Notes under the pieces: model-generated | The model's database searches: none | The model's input: the letters and a program-made list of their open reading frames with translations, nothing else | Told to the model about the DNA's origin: nothing | Assembly (NCBI GenBank): GCA_020049855.1 | Contig: JAGVLJ010000016.1 | Span: forward strand, 5,603-69,602 | DNA: 64,000 nucleotides | Direction of reading: 5' to 3' | Source of the DNA: Bacteroidia bacterium | GTDB taxonomy: Bacteria > Bacteroidota > Bacteroidia > UKL13-3 | Part shown: in pieces, positions 1-9,802 of the stretch | Layout of the letters: each line of letters opens with the position of its first letter | Position numbering within the stretch: position 1 is the stretch's first letter | Translations under genes and position numbers: made by a program

Positions 1-1
1 A

Positions 2-685
2 ATTTACACCGGTATTTCATTGAGACCCTTTCCAAAATGGACAGTAAATGCGTATGCTGACGTATATAAATCGGAATGGCTAAAATACCTGACAGACGCC
101 CCTGCCTACGGTTATGATTACCTGGCCGAGGTAGTACACAACCCCTCTAAAAGTGTTCAAATGTACTGGCGCTACCGCAATGACAACAAAGAAAGAAATG
201 CCTATTCCAACAATACCATAAGCGATTATTTAACCTGGCATCGCAGATACACCTTTCGCTACCATATAGCGTATAAAGTATCCTCGTCAGTTACGCTTAA
301 AAACCGAATTGAATACACGGAATATCAAACCGAAAATACCAAAACCGAACAAGGTATGGTATTTTTTCAGGACATACTTTACAAGCCAATGATGGGTAAA
401 TGGGACATCATTGCCCGATTAGCCATTTTCGAGACAGATGGATACAACAGCCGCATTTATACCTATGAAAACGATTTGTTGTATCAATTTTCAGTTCCGG
501 CTTTACAAAATCAGGGAGCACGTTACTTCCTGTTAATAAACTATAAATTTAGTCGCAAAGCAGAATTCTGGGTGAAATTTGCCCATACGGTTTACGCCAA
601 TCAAAAAACTATTGGTACAGGGCTTGACGAGGTACAGGGAAACAAAAAGAGTGACCTTAAAATACAACTGAGAATCACCCTGTAA
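2..685 (+). CDS. 5'-truncated hypothetical outer-membrane beta-barrel-like protein (C-terminal part only)
   Basis: The frame is open from the window edge at nt 2-19. The protein is rich in Tyr and Thr with alternating hydrophobic residues and aromatic residues near the C-terminus. I recognise no enzyme motifs. Confidence 0.35.
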   Translation: MYTGISLRPFPKWTVNAYADVYKSEWLKYLTDAPAYGYDYLAEVVHNPSKSVQMYWRYRNDNKERNAYSNNTISDYLTWHRRYTFRYHIAYKVSSSVTLKNRIEYTEYQTENTKTEQGMVFFQDILYKPMMGKWDIIARLAIFETDGYNSRIYTYENDLLYQFSVPALQNQGARYFLLINYKFSRKAEFWVKFAHTVYANQKTIGTGLDEVQGNKKSDLKIQLRITL

Positions 686-774
686 GTGTGCATAAACTCC
701 TGTTTTTATTCACACACAGTTAACATTCTCCCTAAACAAGTATTTTTGCGCCAGTTTTTAAAAAAAGTATTCTA

Positions 775-2019
775 ATGGATTTATTTGAAAAAATTGCTAA
801 ACGCCCTGGTCCGTTAGGCCAGCATGCCGATCGCAGTCACGGATATTACATGTTCCCGAAACTGGAAGGCCCCATTGGACCTCACATGAAATTTATGGGT
901 AAAGAACGACTTGTGTGGAGTTTGAACAATTACCTTGGGTTGGCCAATCATCCGGAGGTATTGAAAGCCGATGCTGAAGGTGCTGCCAAATTTGGGATGG
1001 CCTACCCAATGGGTGCCCGAATGATGAGTGGGAATAGTGACTACCATGAAGAGTTGGAAAGTGAATTGGCAAAGTTTATTGGCAAAGAAGATGTGATTCT
1101 GATGAACTACGGTTATCAGGGAATGGTGAGTGCCATAGACTGCCTTGTTGATCGTCATGATGTAATTGTTTATGACGCTGAATCGCATGCTTGTATTGTT
1201 GACGGAGTGCGCCTACATCAGGGAAAACGTTTTGTATACACACACAACAATATGGAGAGTTTGGAAAAACAGCTGGAGCGTGCCACGAGAATGGTGGGCG
1301 AAACAGGTGGTGCCATATTGGTAATTACGGAAGGAGTTTTTGGAATGTCGGGGGTGCAAGGCAACCTTAAAGGCATAGTTGAATTAAAGAAAAAGTTCAA
1401 CTTTCGCCTGTTTGTGGATGATGCACACGGCATAGGTACCATGGGAAAAACAGGTGCCGGAACCGGTGAAGAACAAGGCGTGATGGATCAAATTGATATT
1501 TACTTTGGAACATTCGCCAAATCATTTGCCGGGATTGGTGGTTTTATCGGAAGTTCTAAGAACATTGTTGATTTTCTGCGATACAATACGCGCTCACAAA
1601 TTTTTGCCAAATCACTCCCAATGCCAATGGTAATAGGAGCATTAAAACGGCTGGAACTTATTAGAACTCACCCTGAACTGAAAGATAATCTCTGGAGAAT
1701 TGTTCACGCATTGCAAAACGGATTAAAAGAAGCCGGGTTTAACATAGGTATTACTTCTTCGCCTGTTACTCCGGTAATTCTTTCGGGATCTATTCCGGAA
1801 GCAACCGCTTTAACGCACGACCTTCGAGAAAACTATGGTATTTTCTGCTCAATCGTAGTGTACCCGGTTATTCCTAAGGGCATGATTATTCTACGCATTA
1901 TTCCTACTGCTGTACATACACTGGAAGATGTAACCCAAACTATTCAGGCATTTAAAGAAGTGAAAGAAAAACTTACTGCCGGGAAATACAATGTGGATGA
2001 GATCGTGAAAATGATGTAA
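775..2019 (+). CDS. PLP-dependent alpha-oxoamine synthase (class II aminotransferase), most like serine palmitoyltransferase (Spt); BioF or Kbl are alternatives
   Basis: The N-terminus has NNYLGLANHP and the PLP-lysine region reads GTFAKSFAGIGGF...FLRYNTRSQIFAKSLPMP. From memory this matches bacterial SPT (GTFSKS...FLKHNARS...FSAS..P) better than Kbl or BioF. The length of 414 aa fits. Confidence 0.75.
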   Translation: MDLFEKIAKRPGPLGQHADRSHGYYMFPKLEGPIGPHMKFMGKERLVWSLNNYLGLANHPEVLKADAEGAAKFGMAYPMGARMMSGNSDYHEELESELAKFIGKEDVILMNYGYQGMVSAIDCLVDRHDVIVYDAESHACIVDGVRLHQGKRFVYTHNNMESLEKQLERATRMVGETGGAILVITEGVFGMSGVQGNLKGIVELKKKFNFRLFVDDAHGIGTMGKTGAGTGEEQGVMDQIDIYFGTFAKSFAGIGGFIGSSKNIVDFLRYNTRSQIFAKSLPMPMVIGALKRLELIRTHPELKDNLWRIVHALQNGLKEAGFNIGITSSPVTPVILSGSIPEATALTHDLRENYGIFCSIVVYPVIPKGMIILRIIPTAVHTLEDVTQTIQAFKEVKEKLTAGKYNVDEIVKMM

Positions 2020-2039
2020 TTAATTTTTAAATACTAAAA

Positions 2040-2079
2040 GCACCAGATTCCTTTTAATGGATTTGGTGCTTTTGTTTTA
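2040..2079 (+). terminator. Rho-independent terminator after the alpha-oxoamine synthase gene
   Basis: An imperfect stem, gcaccagattcc / ggatttggtgc, has a 7-nt loop and is followed by a T-rich tract (ttttgtttt). Confidence 0.5.
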
Positions 2080-2230
2080 TATGCTACCCAGCTTAGAATC
2101 GTGAGTAGTCAATCTGCACTCAGGTAAATTTAATCTGCATTAGGTTAGGACAAGAATATTTTGATATTTTAAATTGTGCCCGCACCCAGAGGATCGCAGT
2201 AACGTGTTCGTTTTTTACTACTTTTGCCGC

Positions 2231-2710
2231 ATGTTTACCCGGCAAACACTTGAAGAATTTCTAAAGGAGCAGCTACCAGTTCACCTCAATGCCATCACTC
2301 CTGAACTAACACCTAAATGGGGTAAAATGAATGTGCAGCAAATGGTGGAACATTTGAGTTTTACATTTTTGATGGCCACCGGCACTTTTCAGGTAAAACT
2401 ATCAACTGAAATGGAAAAACTTCCGTTGTATAAACGCGTATTGATGAATGAAGAAAAAGATTTTCCAAAAGATTTTCAAAACCCGTTATTGCCCGCCAGC
2501 CCCATCCCTGTTTCAACGGCTAACCTGAATGAAGCCAAAACCGGATTGAAACAAAGCATGGACAAATTTTTCATTTTCTTTACTGAAAACCCCGAGGTGG
2601 TAACCCTCAATAATGTGTGGGGCGAACTGAATTACCTGGAGTGGATGGTGATGAACTACAAACATATTAAACACCACTTTGCCCAGTTTGGAGTAGAAAT
2701 ATGCCTTTAA
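2231..2710 (+). CDS. hypothetical protein, DinB/DUF1569-like four-helix bundle family (tentative)
   Basis: The ORF is about 160 aa measured from the internal Met at 2231 (MFTRQTL). The MVEHL and HIKHHFAQFG motifs resemble the histidine triad of the DinB_2/DUF1569 family. The region upstream of 2231 (MCPHPEDR...) is an unlikely leader. Confidence 0.35.
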   Translation: MFTRQTLEEFLKEQLPVHLNAITPELTPKWGKMNVQQMVEHLSFTFLMATGTFQVKLSTEMEKLPLYKRVLMNEEKDFPKDFQNPLLPASPIPVSTANLNEAKTGLKQSMDKFFIFFTENPEVVTLNNVWGELNYLEWMVMNYKHIKHHFAQFGVEICL

Positions 2711-3554
2711 ACATATTGCTTTTGCCATCTGCTCGCGGAAAAAGCCTTCCTGCATAGTTAAATTACTCTTCGCAATTATGATGATTGAGGAAGTTTTTGA
2801 TACGCTTGAAAACATTCGTGCGAATGTTTAAAATGGTGTGATGAGCGAAGAATAATAGTGCATAGAAACGAGATGCTGCAACCATATAAATGCAACAAAG
2901 AGGATGTAAATAAATAAATCACTCCTACTAATACTCTGCTTATATTTTCCTTGACCACCCGCTGACAAAAACGGTTTCCAAGATTTAATTTGCATAACTA
3001 TAAACGGAGATGCCATCTCAAACAAAGCCCTTATTGGCAAATCAACCCTGATTATTGAAGAACATATGTCCTCTATTCTAGTGTGTTGTTTTTAGTCAAA
3101 GACATTCAGAAAGGATCCTTCGATACAATTCAAATCATTTCATTGCTGGAAAATTCAATGGAACAGATTCAAGCCTTTAATTCAACTGACACTAATGACA
3201 TCTGGTGTAGGATGAGACATCTGTTTAAACTTAGTCAAATAAATTTTGCGACTGTGACTTTCTGTAAAAAAGAAAAATAGGTACGAAAAAAGATCAAACT
3301 GTCGAGATTAAAAACCAATGCAATAAACTCAAAGTAAAATACTAAGCATTGAACGTAGCTCAAATATACATTACAAAATAATAATGGGTAAATTGTAAAT
3401 AAGCGGCCTGGGTGGTATATAAACTTGACTGCCCGTAAAACAACTATTTTGAAATTATTTAAACCTACCAACCGATAACTACAATAATGGCAACCTTAAT
3501 TTGTAACATGGCAACGGGAAAAATGTATTTTTGACGTGATAATTCATAATCCGG

Positions 3555-5105
3555 GTGAAGCGAACCATAAAATATTACAAAATAATTTGGCTTAAGCACG
3601 ACCTGCCTGCCGGACTTTCCGTTTTCCTTGTGGCACTACCGCTTTGTTTAGGCATTGCACTGGTATCGGGGGCACCGCTTTATGCCGGGCTGTTATCAGG
3701 CATTATAGGCGGACTTGTAGTAGCATTGCTGAGTGGTTCCCAACTTGCAGTTTCGGGGCCGGCCGCAGGACTCACCACCGTAATGGCCACCGCAATTATT
3801 TCGCTTGGCGACTACAAGGTTTTTCTGGTTGCCGTGATGATAGCCGGTTTGTTTCAACTTTTACTCGGGTTGTTAAAGCTCGGAGTGGTCGCAAACTATT
3901 TCCCTTCATCCGTTATCAAAGGAATGCTGGCAGCCATTGGCATTATTCTCATTTCAAAACAAATTCCACTGCTTATCGGTTACGATCAGCCTGATTTTTG
4001 GACAAGCGGTTTTGTTCAGCTTTTTTCTTCTAACAATTTATTGGGCAACTTTGAGCAGTTTAACCAAAACATGACAAGGGGTGCCATCCTCATAGCGCTT
4101 GTTTCCCTTGTTATTTTGGCGGTGCTTCAACAACCGTTTGCCAAAAAATTGAAAATAATTCCGGCACCGCTTTTAGTTGTTTTGTTTGGCATTGCTACCA
4201 ACCTTATTTTTACTGCTGCATCCTCTTCCTTCTCCCTTAAAGCAACACAATTAGTTAGTATTCCGTCTGATATTTTCGCCAATATTTCTTTCCCCGACTT
4301 TATAACAATTTTTACCTCCAGCGAAATTTGGAAATACGGACTGATTATAGGGGCACTAGCCACCTTAGAAACCCTGCTTTGCATTGAGGCCATTGATAAA
4401 TTGGACAGGCGAAACAGAATTACCCCCATCAATCGCGAACTTGTGGCACAAGGAATCGGAAATATAACCTGCGGGCTTTTAGGGGCAATTCCACTGACGG
4501 CCGTGGTAGTAAGAGGTGCTGCCAATATTGACGCAGGAGGAAGAACAAAACTGGCTGCATTTACGCATGGCGTTTTTCTGTTGCTTGCTGTGTTGTTGGT
4601 TCCTTCGTTACTCAATAAAATTCCTTATGCTTCGCTTGCAGCCATTTTGCTTGTTACGGGTTACAACCTCACCAAACCCAAACTTTACCGAAGCATGTGG
4701 AGCCTGGGATGGAAACAATTTTTACCATTTTTAATTACCATCCTCGTTGTGCTTGCCACCGACCTGCTCATAGGTGTGAGCATCGGACTTTTAATTTCCA
4801 TCTATTTTATCATTCAAAACAATTTCAAGGCAGAATACAAAATTACCCAAACGCAACATCAGGGCATTGAAACGTATTACATCAAACTGAACAGCAACGT
4901 AACTTTTTTGAACAAAGTACAATTAAGAAAAACGTTGGACGAAGTGGCTGAATACAGTGTGCTGACCATTGATGGCAGTGAATGTAATTTTATTGACCAC
5001 GACATTCTGGAAATTATCAGTGAATACAGCAACAAAGCCCATGACAGGCATATTTCATTGCACCTGAAAGGAATAAAAAAGGTAAATGTGACGGCATTGC
5101 ACTAA
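3555..5105 (+). CDS. SulP-family anion transporter (sulfate permease/bicarbonate transporter) with C-terminal STAS domain
   Basis: It has multiple TM helices and the Sulfate_transp signature region (GPAAGLTTVMATAI, GLLGAIPLTAVVVRGAANIDAGGRTK). A C-terminal soluble domain of about 90 aa is STAS-like. Confidence 0.85.
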   Translation: MKRTIKYYKIIWLKHDLPAGLSVFLVALPLCLGIALVSGAPLYAGLLSGIIGGLVVALLSGSQLAVSGPAAGLTTVMATAIISLGDYKVFLVAVMIAGLFQLLLGLLKLGVVANYFPSSVIKGMLAAIGIILISKQIPLLIGYDQPDFWTSGFVQLFSSNNLLGNFEQFNQNMTRGAILIALVSLVILAVLQQPFAKKLKIIPAPLLVVLFGIATNLIFTAASSSFSLKATQLVSIPSDIFANISFPDFITIFTSSEIWKYGLIIGALATLETLLCIEAIDKLDRRNRITPINRELVAQGIGNITCGLLGAIPLTAVVVRGAANIDAGGRTKLAAFTHGVFLLLAVLLVPSLLNKIPYASLAAILLVTGYNLTKPKLYRSMWSLGWKQFLPFLITILVVLATDLLIGVSIGLLISIYFIIQNNFKAEYKITQTQHQGIETYYIKLNSNVTFLNKVQLRKTLDEVAEYSVLTIDGSECNFIDHDILEIISEYSNKAHDRHISLHLKGIKKVNVTALH

Positions 5106-5146
5106 CAGTTAAGACCGGGGAAAATTTCTTAGATTTTTAGTATAGG

Positions 5147-6394
5147 TTAAGCCGACATGGTAAAGCTATCCGCCATATGTTGCGCTGCAATCCACGAGGT
5201 GGTCCAGGCCGATTGGAAATTAAATCCACCTGTAACACCGTCTATATTCAGCAGTTCTCCGGCCACATAAAGTCCGGGCACTTTTTTACATTCCATACTT
5301 TTAAAATCTACCTCTTTAAGGTTTATACCACCGGCTGTTACAAACTCCTCTTTAAACGTATTTTTTCCGATAATCTTTACTTCCTGCCTGCATAGAAGTT
5401 CGGTGAGTTTGTTCAGTTGTTTGTTGCCGGTATCAGCCCATCGTTGCTCTTCCCAAATCCCGCATTTCAGCAAAAAATAATTCCAAAGGCGCTGCGGAAA
5501 TATGCCTGGTTTGGCATTAGCTGCCAGCTTCTTTTCGTTGGCCTGTTTTAATTCGGTGAGCATGGTTCTGATTGCTTCCTGACCCATCCCTCCTGCCCAA
5601 TTAATACCTAACGTAAACTGGTAGTTGCATTGATGAAACACGATGGCTCCGAAAGCCGAAAGTTTTAATACTGCCGGACCACTTAACCCCTGGTGCGTGA
5701 TAAGCAAAGGCCCTTTAAATTTTTGCTTCTGTAACGAAGAACTTACCTCTGCCTCCTCTACCGAAATGCCGGGTAACGAAGTAAGTTCCGAATCATTTAC
5801 AATAAAAGTAAAAAGAGAGGGCACGGGATCAATCATCTGAATGCCTAACGTTTCAATAAACGCATACGAAGTTTTTTTGGCAAACCCGCCACAGGCCAGC
5901 AACAGGTTTTTGCTATGATACACCTGATTGGATGCTTGCAATTCAAACATATCGGTTTGCCTGTGAATATAAGTTACGGTAACACCGATTTGTATTTCCA
6001 CACCATATTTCCGGGCTTCGGTCATCAGCACATCAATCACCGATTGCGACTTATCCGTTACCGGAAACATTCGCCCGTCTGCCTCCGTTTTTAGTTTCAG
6101 TCCACGGCTTTCAAACCATTCAACCGTATCCTTTGGCTGAAAGCGCATAAAGGCCTGTAACAGCTCCTTGCCTCCGCGTGGGTAATATTTCACCAACTCA
6201 GTAGGGTCGAAACAGCGGTGAGTTACGTTGCACCTGCCCCCACCCGAAACGGCCACTTTACTTAATAACTTTTGAGATTTTTCCAATATCAACACGCGTG
6301 CCCCGGGTTTTGCCAGAGCAAAATTTACAGCACCAAAAAAACCGGCAGCCCCGCCACCAATTACAATCAAATCATATACACGTGTCTGTTTCAT
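5147..6394 (-). CDS. HI0933/BaiN-family FAD-dependent oxidoreductase (aminoacetone oxidase family flavoprotein)
   Basis: The N-terminal Rossmann motif reads VYDLIVIGGGAAGFFGA, followed by GGGRCNVTH, a HI0933 signature. The start was moved to the MKQTRVYDL Met at 6394. Confidence 0.8.
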   Translation of the reverse strand: MKQTRVYDLIVIGGGAAGFFGAVNFALAKPGARVLILEKSQKLLSKVAVSGGGRCNVTHRCFDPTELVKYYPRGGKELLQAFMRFQPKDTVEWFESRGLKLKTEADGRMFPVTDKSQSVIDVLMTEARKYGVEIQIGVTVTYIHRQTDMFELQASNQVYHSKNLLLACGGFAKKTSYAFIETLGIQMIDPVPSLFTFIVNDSELTSLPGISVEEAEVSSSLQKQKFKGPLLITHQGLSGPAVLKLSAFGAIVFHQCNYQFTLGINWAGGMGQEAIRTMLTELKQANEKKLAANAKPGIFPQRLWNYFLLKCGIWEEQRWADTGNKQLNKLTELLCRQEVKIIGKNTFKEEFVTAGGINLKEVDFKSMECKKVPGLYVAGELLNIDGVTGGFNFQSAWTTSWIAAQHMADSFTMSA

Positions 6395-6464
6395 TAAAAA
6401 AGAGAAAGCCCCCAAAGGTCATAAAAACCCGAGAGCTTCCCGTAACGATGATGATGAAAAGTTT

Positions 6465-7382
6465 TTAAAAGTCGAAGTCGTTAATCACAATACCAAAGGA
6501 AACCGGATACAATTCGGGGCCTTTTCCTTTTTCAAACATGGTTGACAGCGAGTAACTGCCATATAAACTTACTTTACCAAACCCGATTTTAACATTTAGC
6601 CCATAAGCCAATTTTTGAATATTAAGGTCTGAATAATTTTTATCTTTCCCGTCTTTGTTGCTTACCTGCTTGGTATGTGCGTTGAGCAAATAGCCTATAT
6701 AAGGTCCTGCGGCCATGCGAAATGAGCGTTTCTGCTTATCCGGGTTCGATTCAAACTGAAATCCGAACGGAACAGTGAGGTAGGTAGTTGTTAATTTATT
6801 CTTTTTTAAAGGAAGGGTTGAAGGAAGGGTAAGCAACGAATCATTAAATTTATTCAGCGATATATCTTCATTAAACCTGTAATTATTGTAGTTGATAGTA
6901 AACCCGTAATACATCCACCATTTTCTGTTTTTGCTTAAATGAATGGCCTGATCATACAGGTGCAAATTCACATTTATTGATTTGCTCGGATTCAAATCAA
7001 ACGGGGCTAATGCTTTGGGCATATTCATTGAGCCATTGTATAGATAATTATTAAAGCCAAGGTCGAGGCGCATTGAATTTGAAATTATCTTTTTATCTTT
7101 TTTAGAAACTTTATTCTTTACAATAATAGAATCAATGTCAAGAACGGTATCCTTGCATCCGGTGCACGGCTTTTGTTTATTTTTATTATAGATGCGAATA
7201 TTTCCCAACTGAACAAAAGAATCTGAACCGGAATTCGTATCCAAATCGCGCAGTTTCTTTAATTCTTCCTCTTGCTTTTTGAGCACATTTTTAAGCGAGT
7301 CTAATTCTGCTTTTTCATTTTTCTGGGCAAAAACTCCCCCTGTTAGCAACACAATGGCTGCTGTTAAAATTATCATTTTCAT
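6465..7382 (-). CDS. secreted outer-membrane beta-barrel protein (porin-like), last gene of the ECF sigma/anti-sigma operon
   Basis: The signal peptide is MKMIILTAAIVLLTGGVFAQ and an N-terminal coiled-coil stretch follows. The C-terminal half has alternating aromatic/hydrophobic beta-strand patterns ending in ...NDFDF. Only 17 bp separate it from the anti-sigma gene. Confidence 0.5.
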   Translation of the reverse strand: MKMIILTAAIVLLTGGVFAQKNEKAELDSLKNVLKKQEEELKKLRDLDTNSGSDSFVQLGNIRIYNKNKQKPCTGCKDTVLDIDSIIVKNKVSKKDKKIISNSMRLDLGFNNYLYNGSMNMPKALAPFDLNPSKSINVNLHLYDQAIHLSKNRKWWMYYGFTINYNNYRFNEDISLNKFNDSLLTLPSTLPLKKNKLTTTYLTVPFGFQFESNPDKQKRSFRMAAGPYIGYLLNAHTKQVSNKDGKDKNYSDLNIQKLAYGLNVKIGFGKVSLYGSYSLSTMFEKGKGPELYPVSFGIVINDFDF

Positions 7383-7399
7383 ATTCGTAATGTTTATTT

Positions 7400-8263
7400 T
7401 TACAATCCTGCTACCAGTTTTAACTTTTGATTTTCCAAATGGATGATGTATCTGGTTTTTTCATCCACTTTCACTTTTTCAATTTTCATTTTGGGTTTAG
7501 TAAAATACCCAAGTAAATTTTCAAGCCTGCCTTCTACTATATCTTTCAATGGCACATGTGTATGTTGCCGAGTGTAGGCAGGCATATGGGTTTTATCCGG
7601 AACTTGTGGTGTTTTAACTGAATCTACAATAGCAAGTACCGGTTGTTCTGACTGAATTAAAATTTTAGCGGGAATATCCTTTTTTATAACCCCCGAAGTA
7701 TCATAAGTAAATGCTTTCAGGCTATTATCTTCGGCAACAGGTTGCCGAACGGGTCTTGGAGCAGGCTTTTCCCATCGTTTATATTTTGGCCTTACTCCGG
7801 AGCGATTGAACGAAGGCGCTTTCCCTGTTTTTAACCCTTCCATATTGCCATTATAATTATCCGACTCCCGAGTTTGTGTTCTTGTTGAATCCGGAGCAGG
7901 TAATATCATTTCTTCCTTCGGCTTATTGCCTTCTGTTGCTGCCAAATGCTCCTTTTGATTGGAGCTTTTATTCATCCACATAAAAAAGGCTAATAATACA
8001 CAGGCTGCAACTGAATAGGGAGCCAGTTTGCGCCATATCGGAAGGGAAATAATTTTGGTATCCCCTTTTTTAAGCTGCTCCTTTCCTTCAAATACAATTG
8101 CATCCCCGGCATCTAAAAAACTGTTCTGAAACAATTCAAGTTCATTCAGTAATTCGGGACTTGAATGAACAAAAGCCATCACTTCTTTCCGCTCTGTTTC
8201 ATTGAGGTTACCCTCGACCAAATCAAAAAAGTGCTGTTCGTAATTTTGCTTATTGATATTCAT
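7400..8263 (-). CDS. putative anti-sigma factor (single-pass membrane protein)
   Basis: Its start overlaps the stop of the upstream ECF sigma gene by 4 bp (ATGA). There is one central TM helix (YSVAACVLLAFFMWM) and a Pro/Arg/Lys-rich extracytoplasmic region. Confidence 0.55.
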   Translation of the reverse strand: MNINKQNYEQHFFDLVEGNLNETERKEVMAFVHSSPELLNELELFQNSFLDAGDAIVFEGKEQLKKGDTKIISLPIWRKLAPYSVAACVLLAFFMWMNKSSNQKEHLAATEGNKPKEEMILPAPDSTRTQTRESDNYNGNMEGLKTGKAPSFNRSGVRPKYKRWEKPAPRPVRQPVAEDNSLKAFTYDTSGVIKKDIPAKILIQSEQPVLAIVDSVKTPQVPDKTHMPAYTRQHTHVPLKDIVEGRLENLLGYFTKPKMKIEKVKVDEKTRYIIHLENQKLKLVAGL

Positions 8264-8751
8264 ATTACAGCCTCCATCTTTCCAATATAATTTTTAATAA
8301 AAACCCGTGCTCTGAATAAATACACTTTTACCTGTGAAAGGTTAAGTCCGGTAATCCGGGCAATTTCATCGTAGCTGTATCCCTCATAATCCCGTAACAT
8401 TAACACCGAACGCTGCTCGTCCGAAAGTTGGGCTGCTGCTTTGTTTACCATTTGTTTTACCTCTTTGTTCTGATAACTTTTGTGTTCGCTTGTGTGGTTC
8501 ATGACGGCTTCCTCCATGTTTACAAATCGCTGGCTGTATTTAATTTCATCAATCATCAAATGGTAGGCGATAGTAAACAAATATGATTTAGCTTTTTCTG
8601 CCTCAATATCGTGGTGACGTACCCACATTTTTTCAAAGGCAGACTGCACCACGCTGCGTGCTGTATCGGCATCTTTCAGGTTCTTTGACAGAAACCGGAA
8701 AACTCCGTCAGCAAATTCTTCCACACACTTGTTGTACTCGTCTTTTGTCAT
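8260..8751 (-). CDS. RNA polymerase ECF-type sigma-70 factor
   Basis: Region 2 reads FEKMWVRHHDIE...SYLFTIAYHLMIDEIK. Region 4 is a helix-turn-helix reading LSDEQRSVLMLRDYEGYSYDEIARITGLNLSQVKVYLFRAR. The start was set at the MTKDEY Met. Confidence 0.85.
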   Translation of the reverse strand: MTKDEYNKCVEEFADGVFRFLSKNLKDADTARSVVQSAFEKMWVRHHDIEAEKAKSYLFTIAYHLMIDEIKYSQRFVNMEEAVMNHTSEHKSYQNKEVKQMVNKAAAQLSDEQRSVLMLRDYEGYSYDEIARITGLNLSQVKVYLFRARVFIKNYIGKMEAVI

Positions 8752-8849
8752 TTTGCCGTACGACCCTTTAGGTATCCATAAAGTTACAGGAGTTGCTACT
8801 TTAATTTTCAACTACTTGGTTTTAAAATAAATAAAATTGCTCAAAGATA

Positions 8850-8890
8850 ATCTTTGAGACCTGCTTTAAGTTGCTAACTTTGTTCGTGAA
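8850..8890 (+). promoter_or_regulatory. candidate Bacteroidetes sigma-A promoter (TTG ... TAACTTTG) for the 8905 gene; the region is divergent with the ECF sigma gene
   Basis: TAACTTTG at 8876-8883 matches the Bacteroidetes -7 consensus TAnnTTTG. A TTG lies about 18 bp upstream. The motif ends 22 nt before the ATG. Confidence 0.3.
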
Positions 8891-8904
8891 CAAAAAAAAC
8901 GCGT

Positions 8905-9753
8905 ATGAGAAGATTAGTTAGCCTTTTATTAATTGTGCTCTTTGCATTTAGAGCTCAGGCACAGTTTGGACATCAAACCAAAGAAATACTTGAAAAAATA
9001 AAAGAAACCGAGCTTGTGGTTATCTTAAGTGACGACTCGACCGACATGTATAATACCAGTATTCAAAAAGCGATACACAACTATTGGAAACTTACTCCGG
9101 CCAAATTTGTAAAAGCGGCTGCCGCCACCGAATATACTAAGAAGAAAGAAGGCTACACGTATTTAATAATGGTAAAAAGTGCCGGGGCCAAAATAAAATG
9201 TAAATGTGCTACATCAGAACTTGAAATGACCGGAATTGTGTTAACTACCAAATACAAAAAGGGTAAAATTACGCTTCCCGATATTGCGGCCTCGGCCCTA
9301 ATTGACGGCAAATTTGGAGCCACACAGGAAGAATATGATGCCCAGTTTATACGTGCCATTCAGTTTGTAAACAACTTTTTTGACTACGTAAATGATGCTG
9401 AAAACGATAAGGCACTTGCCTATGAAACCATGCAGAAAAAATATCCAGGTGATAAGACGCTAGCGGAGGGGAAAAAAATGCTGATTGATAAAAAAATGGT
9501 TGACGAAAAACAAAAAGAAGCGATTGAAAAATTATGGGATGGGGAAGTTGAATTCGTAGATGCGAAAGAAATTGTCAAAGCGATTTTAACCCAAAATGAG
9601 GAAATCGTTTATTGGGCCGCCCCAATGTTTGAGTTAGATACACATCGAATGTTTATTATGGCCAAGGATGGAAAAATTGTTTATTACGAAGTTACCGGTC
9701 CGGAAAAAAACATGGTGAGTGCCAAAGACGTGGGTAAACTGATGAAAAAATAA
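8905..9753 (+). CDS. hypothetical secreted protein with signal peptide
   Basis: The signal peptide is MRRLVSLLLIVLFAFRAQAQ. The protein is Lys/Glu-rich and has no recognisable catalytic motif. Confidence 0.4.
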   Translation: MRRLVSLLLIVLFAFRAQAQFGHQTKEILEKIKETELVVILSDDSTDMYNTSIQKAIHNYWKLTPAKFVKAAAATEYTKKKEGYTYLIMVKSAGAKIKCKCATSELEMTGIVLTTKYKKGKITLPDIAASALIDGKFGATQEEYDAQFIRAIQFVNNFFDYVNDAENDKALAYETMQKKYPGDKTLAEGKKMLIDKKMVDEKQKEAIEKLWDGEVEFVDAKEIVKAILTQNEEIVYWAAPMFELDTHRMFIMAKDGKIVYYEVTGPEKNMVSAKDVGKLMKK

Positions 9754-9774
9754 ATAACCGATTTTTAGTACGGA

Positions 9775-9802
9775 GAGAGGTTAGTAACGACCTCATTTTT
9801 TT
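9775..9802 (+). terminator. weak rho-independent terminator between convergent genes
   Basis: A 5-bp stem (gaggt / acctc) with an 8-nt loop is followed by attttttt. Confidence 0.3.

Noticed and set aside
3644-3994. 116-aa ORF in an alternative frame within the SulP transporter gene
   Set aside because: It is Arg/Cys/His-rich and looks nonsensical. The overlapping frame encodes well-conserved SulP TM helices.
6715-6740. tRNA T-loop-like motif GGGTTCGATTCAAAC
   Set aside because: It lies inside the OMP coding sequence. There is no acceptor stem or anticodon-arm complementarity around it. No tRNA gene is called in the window.
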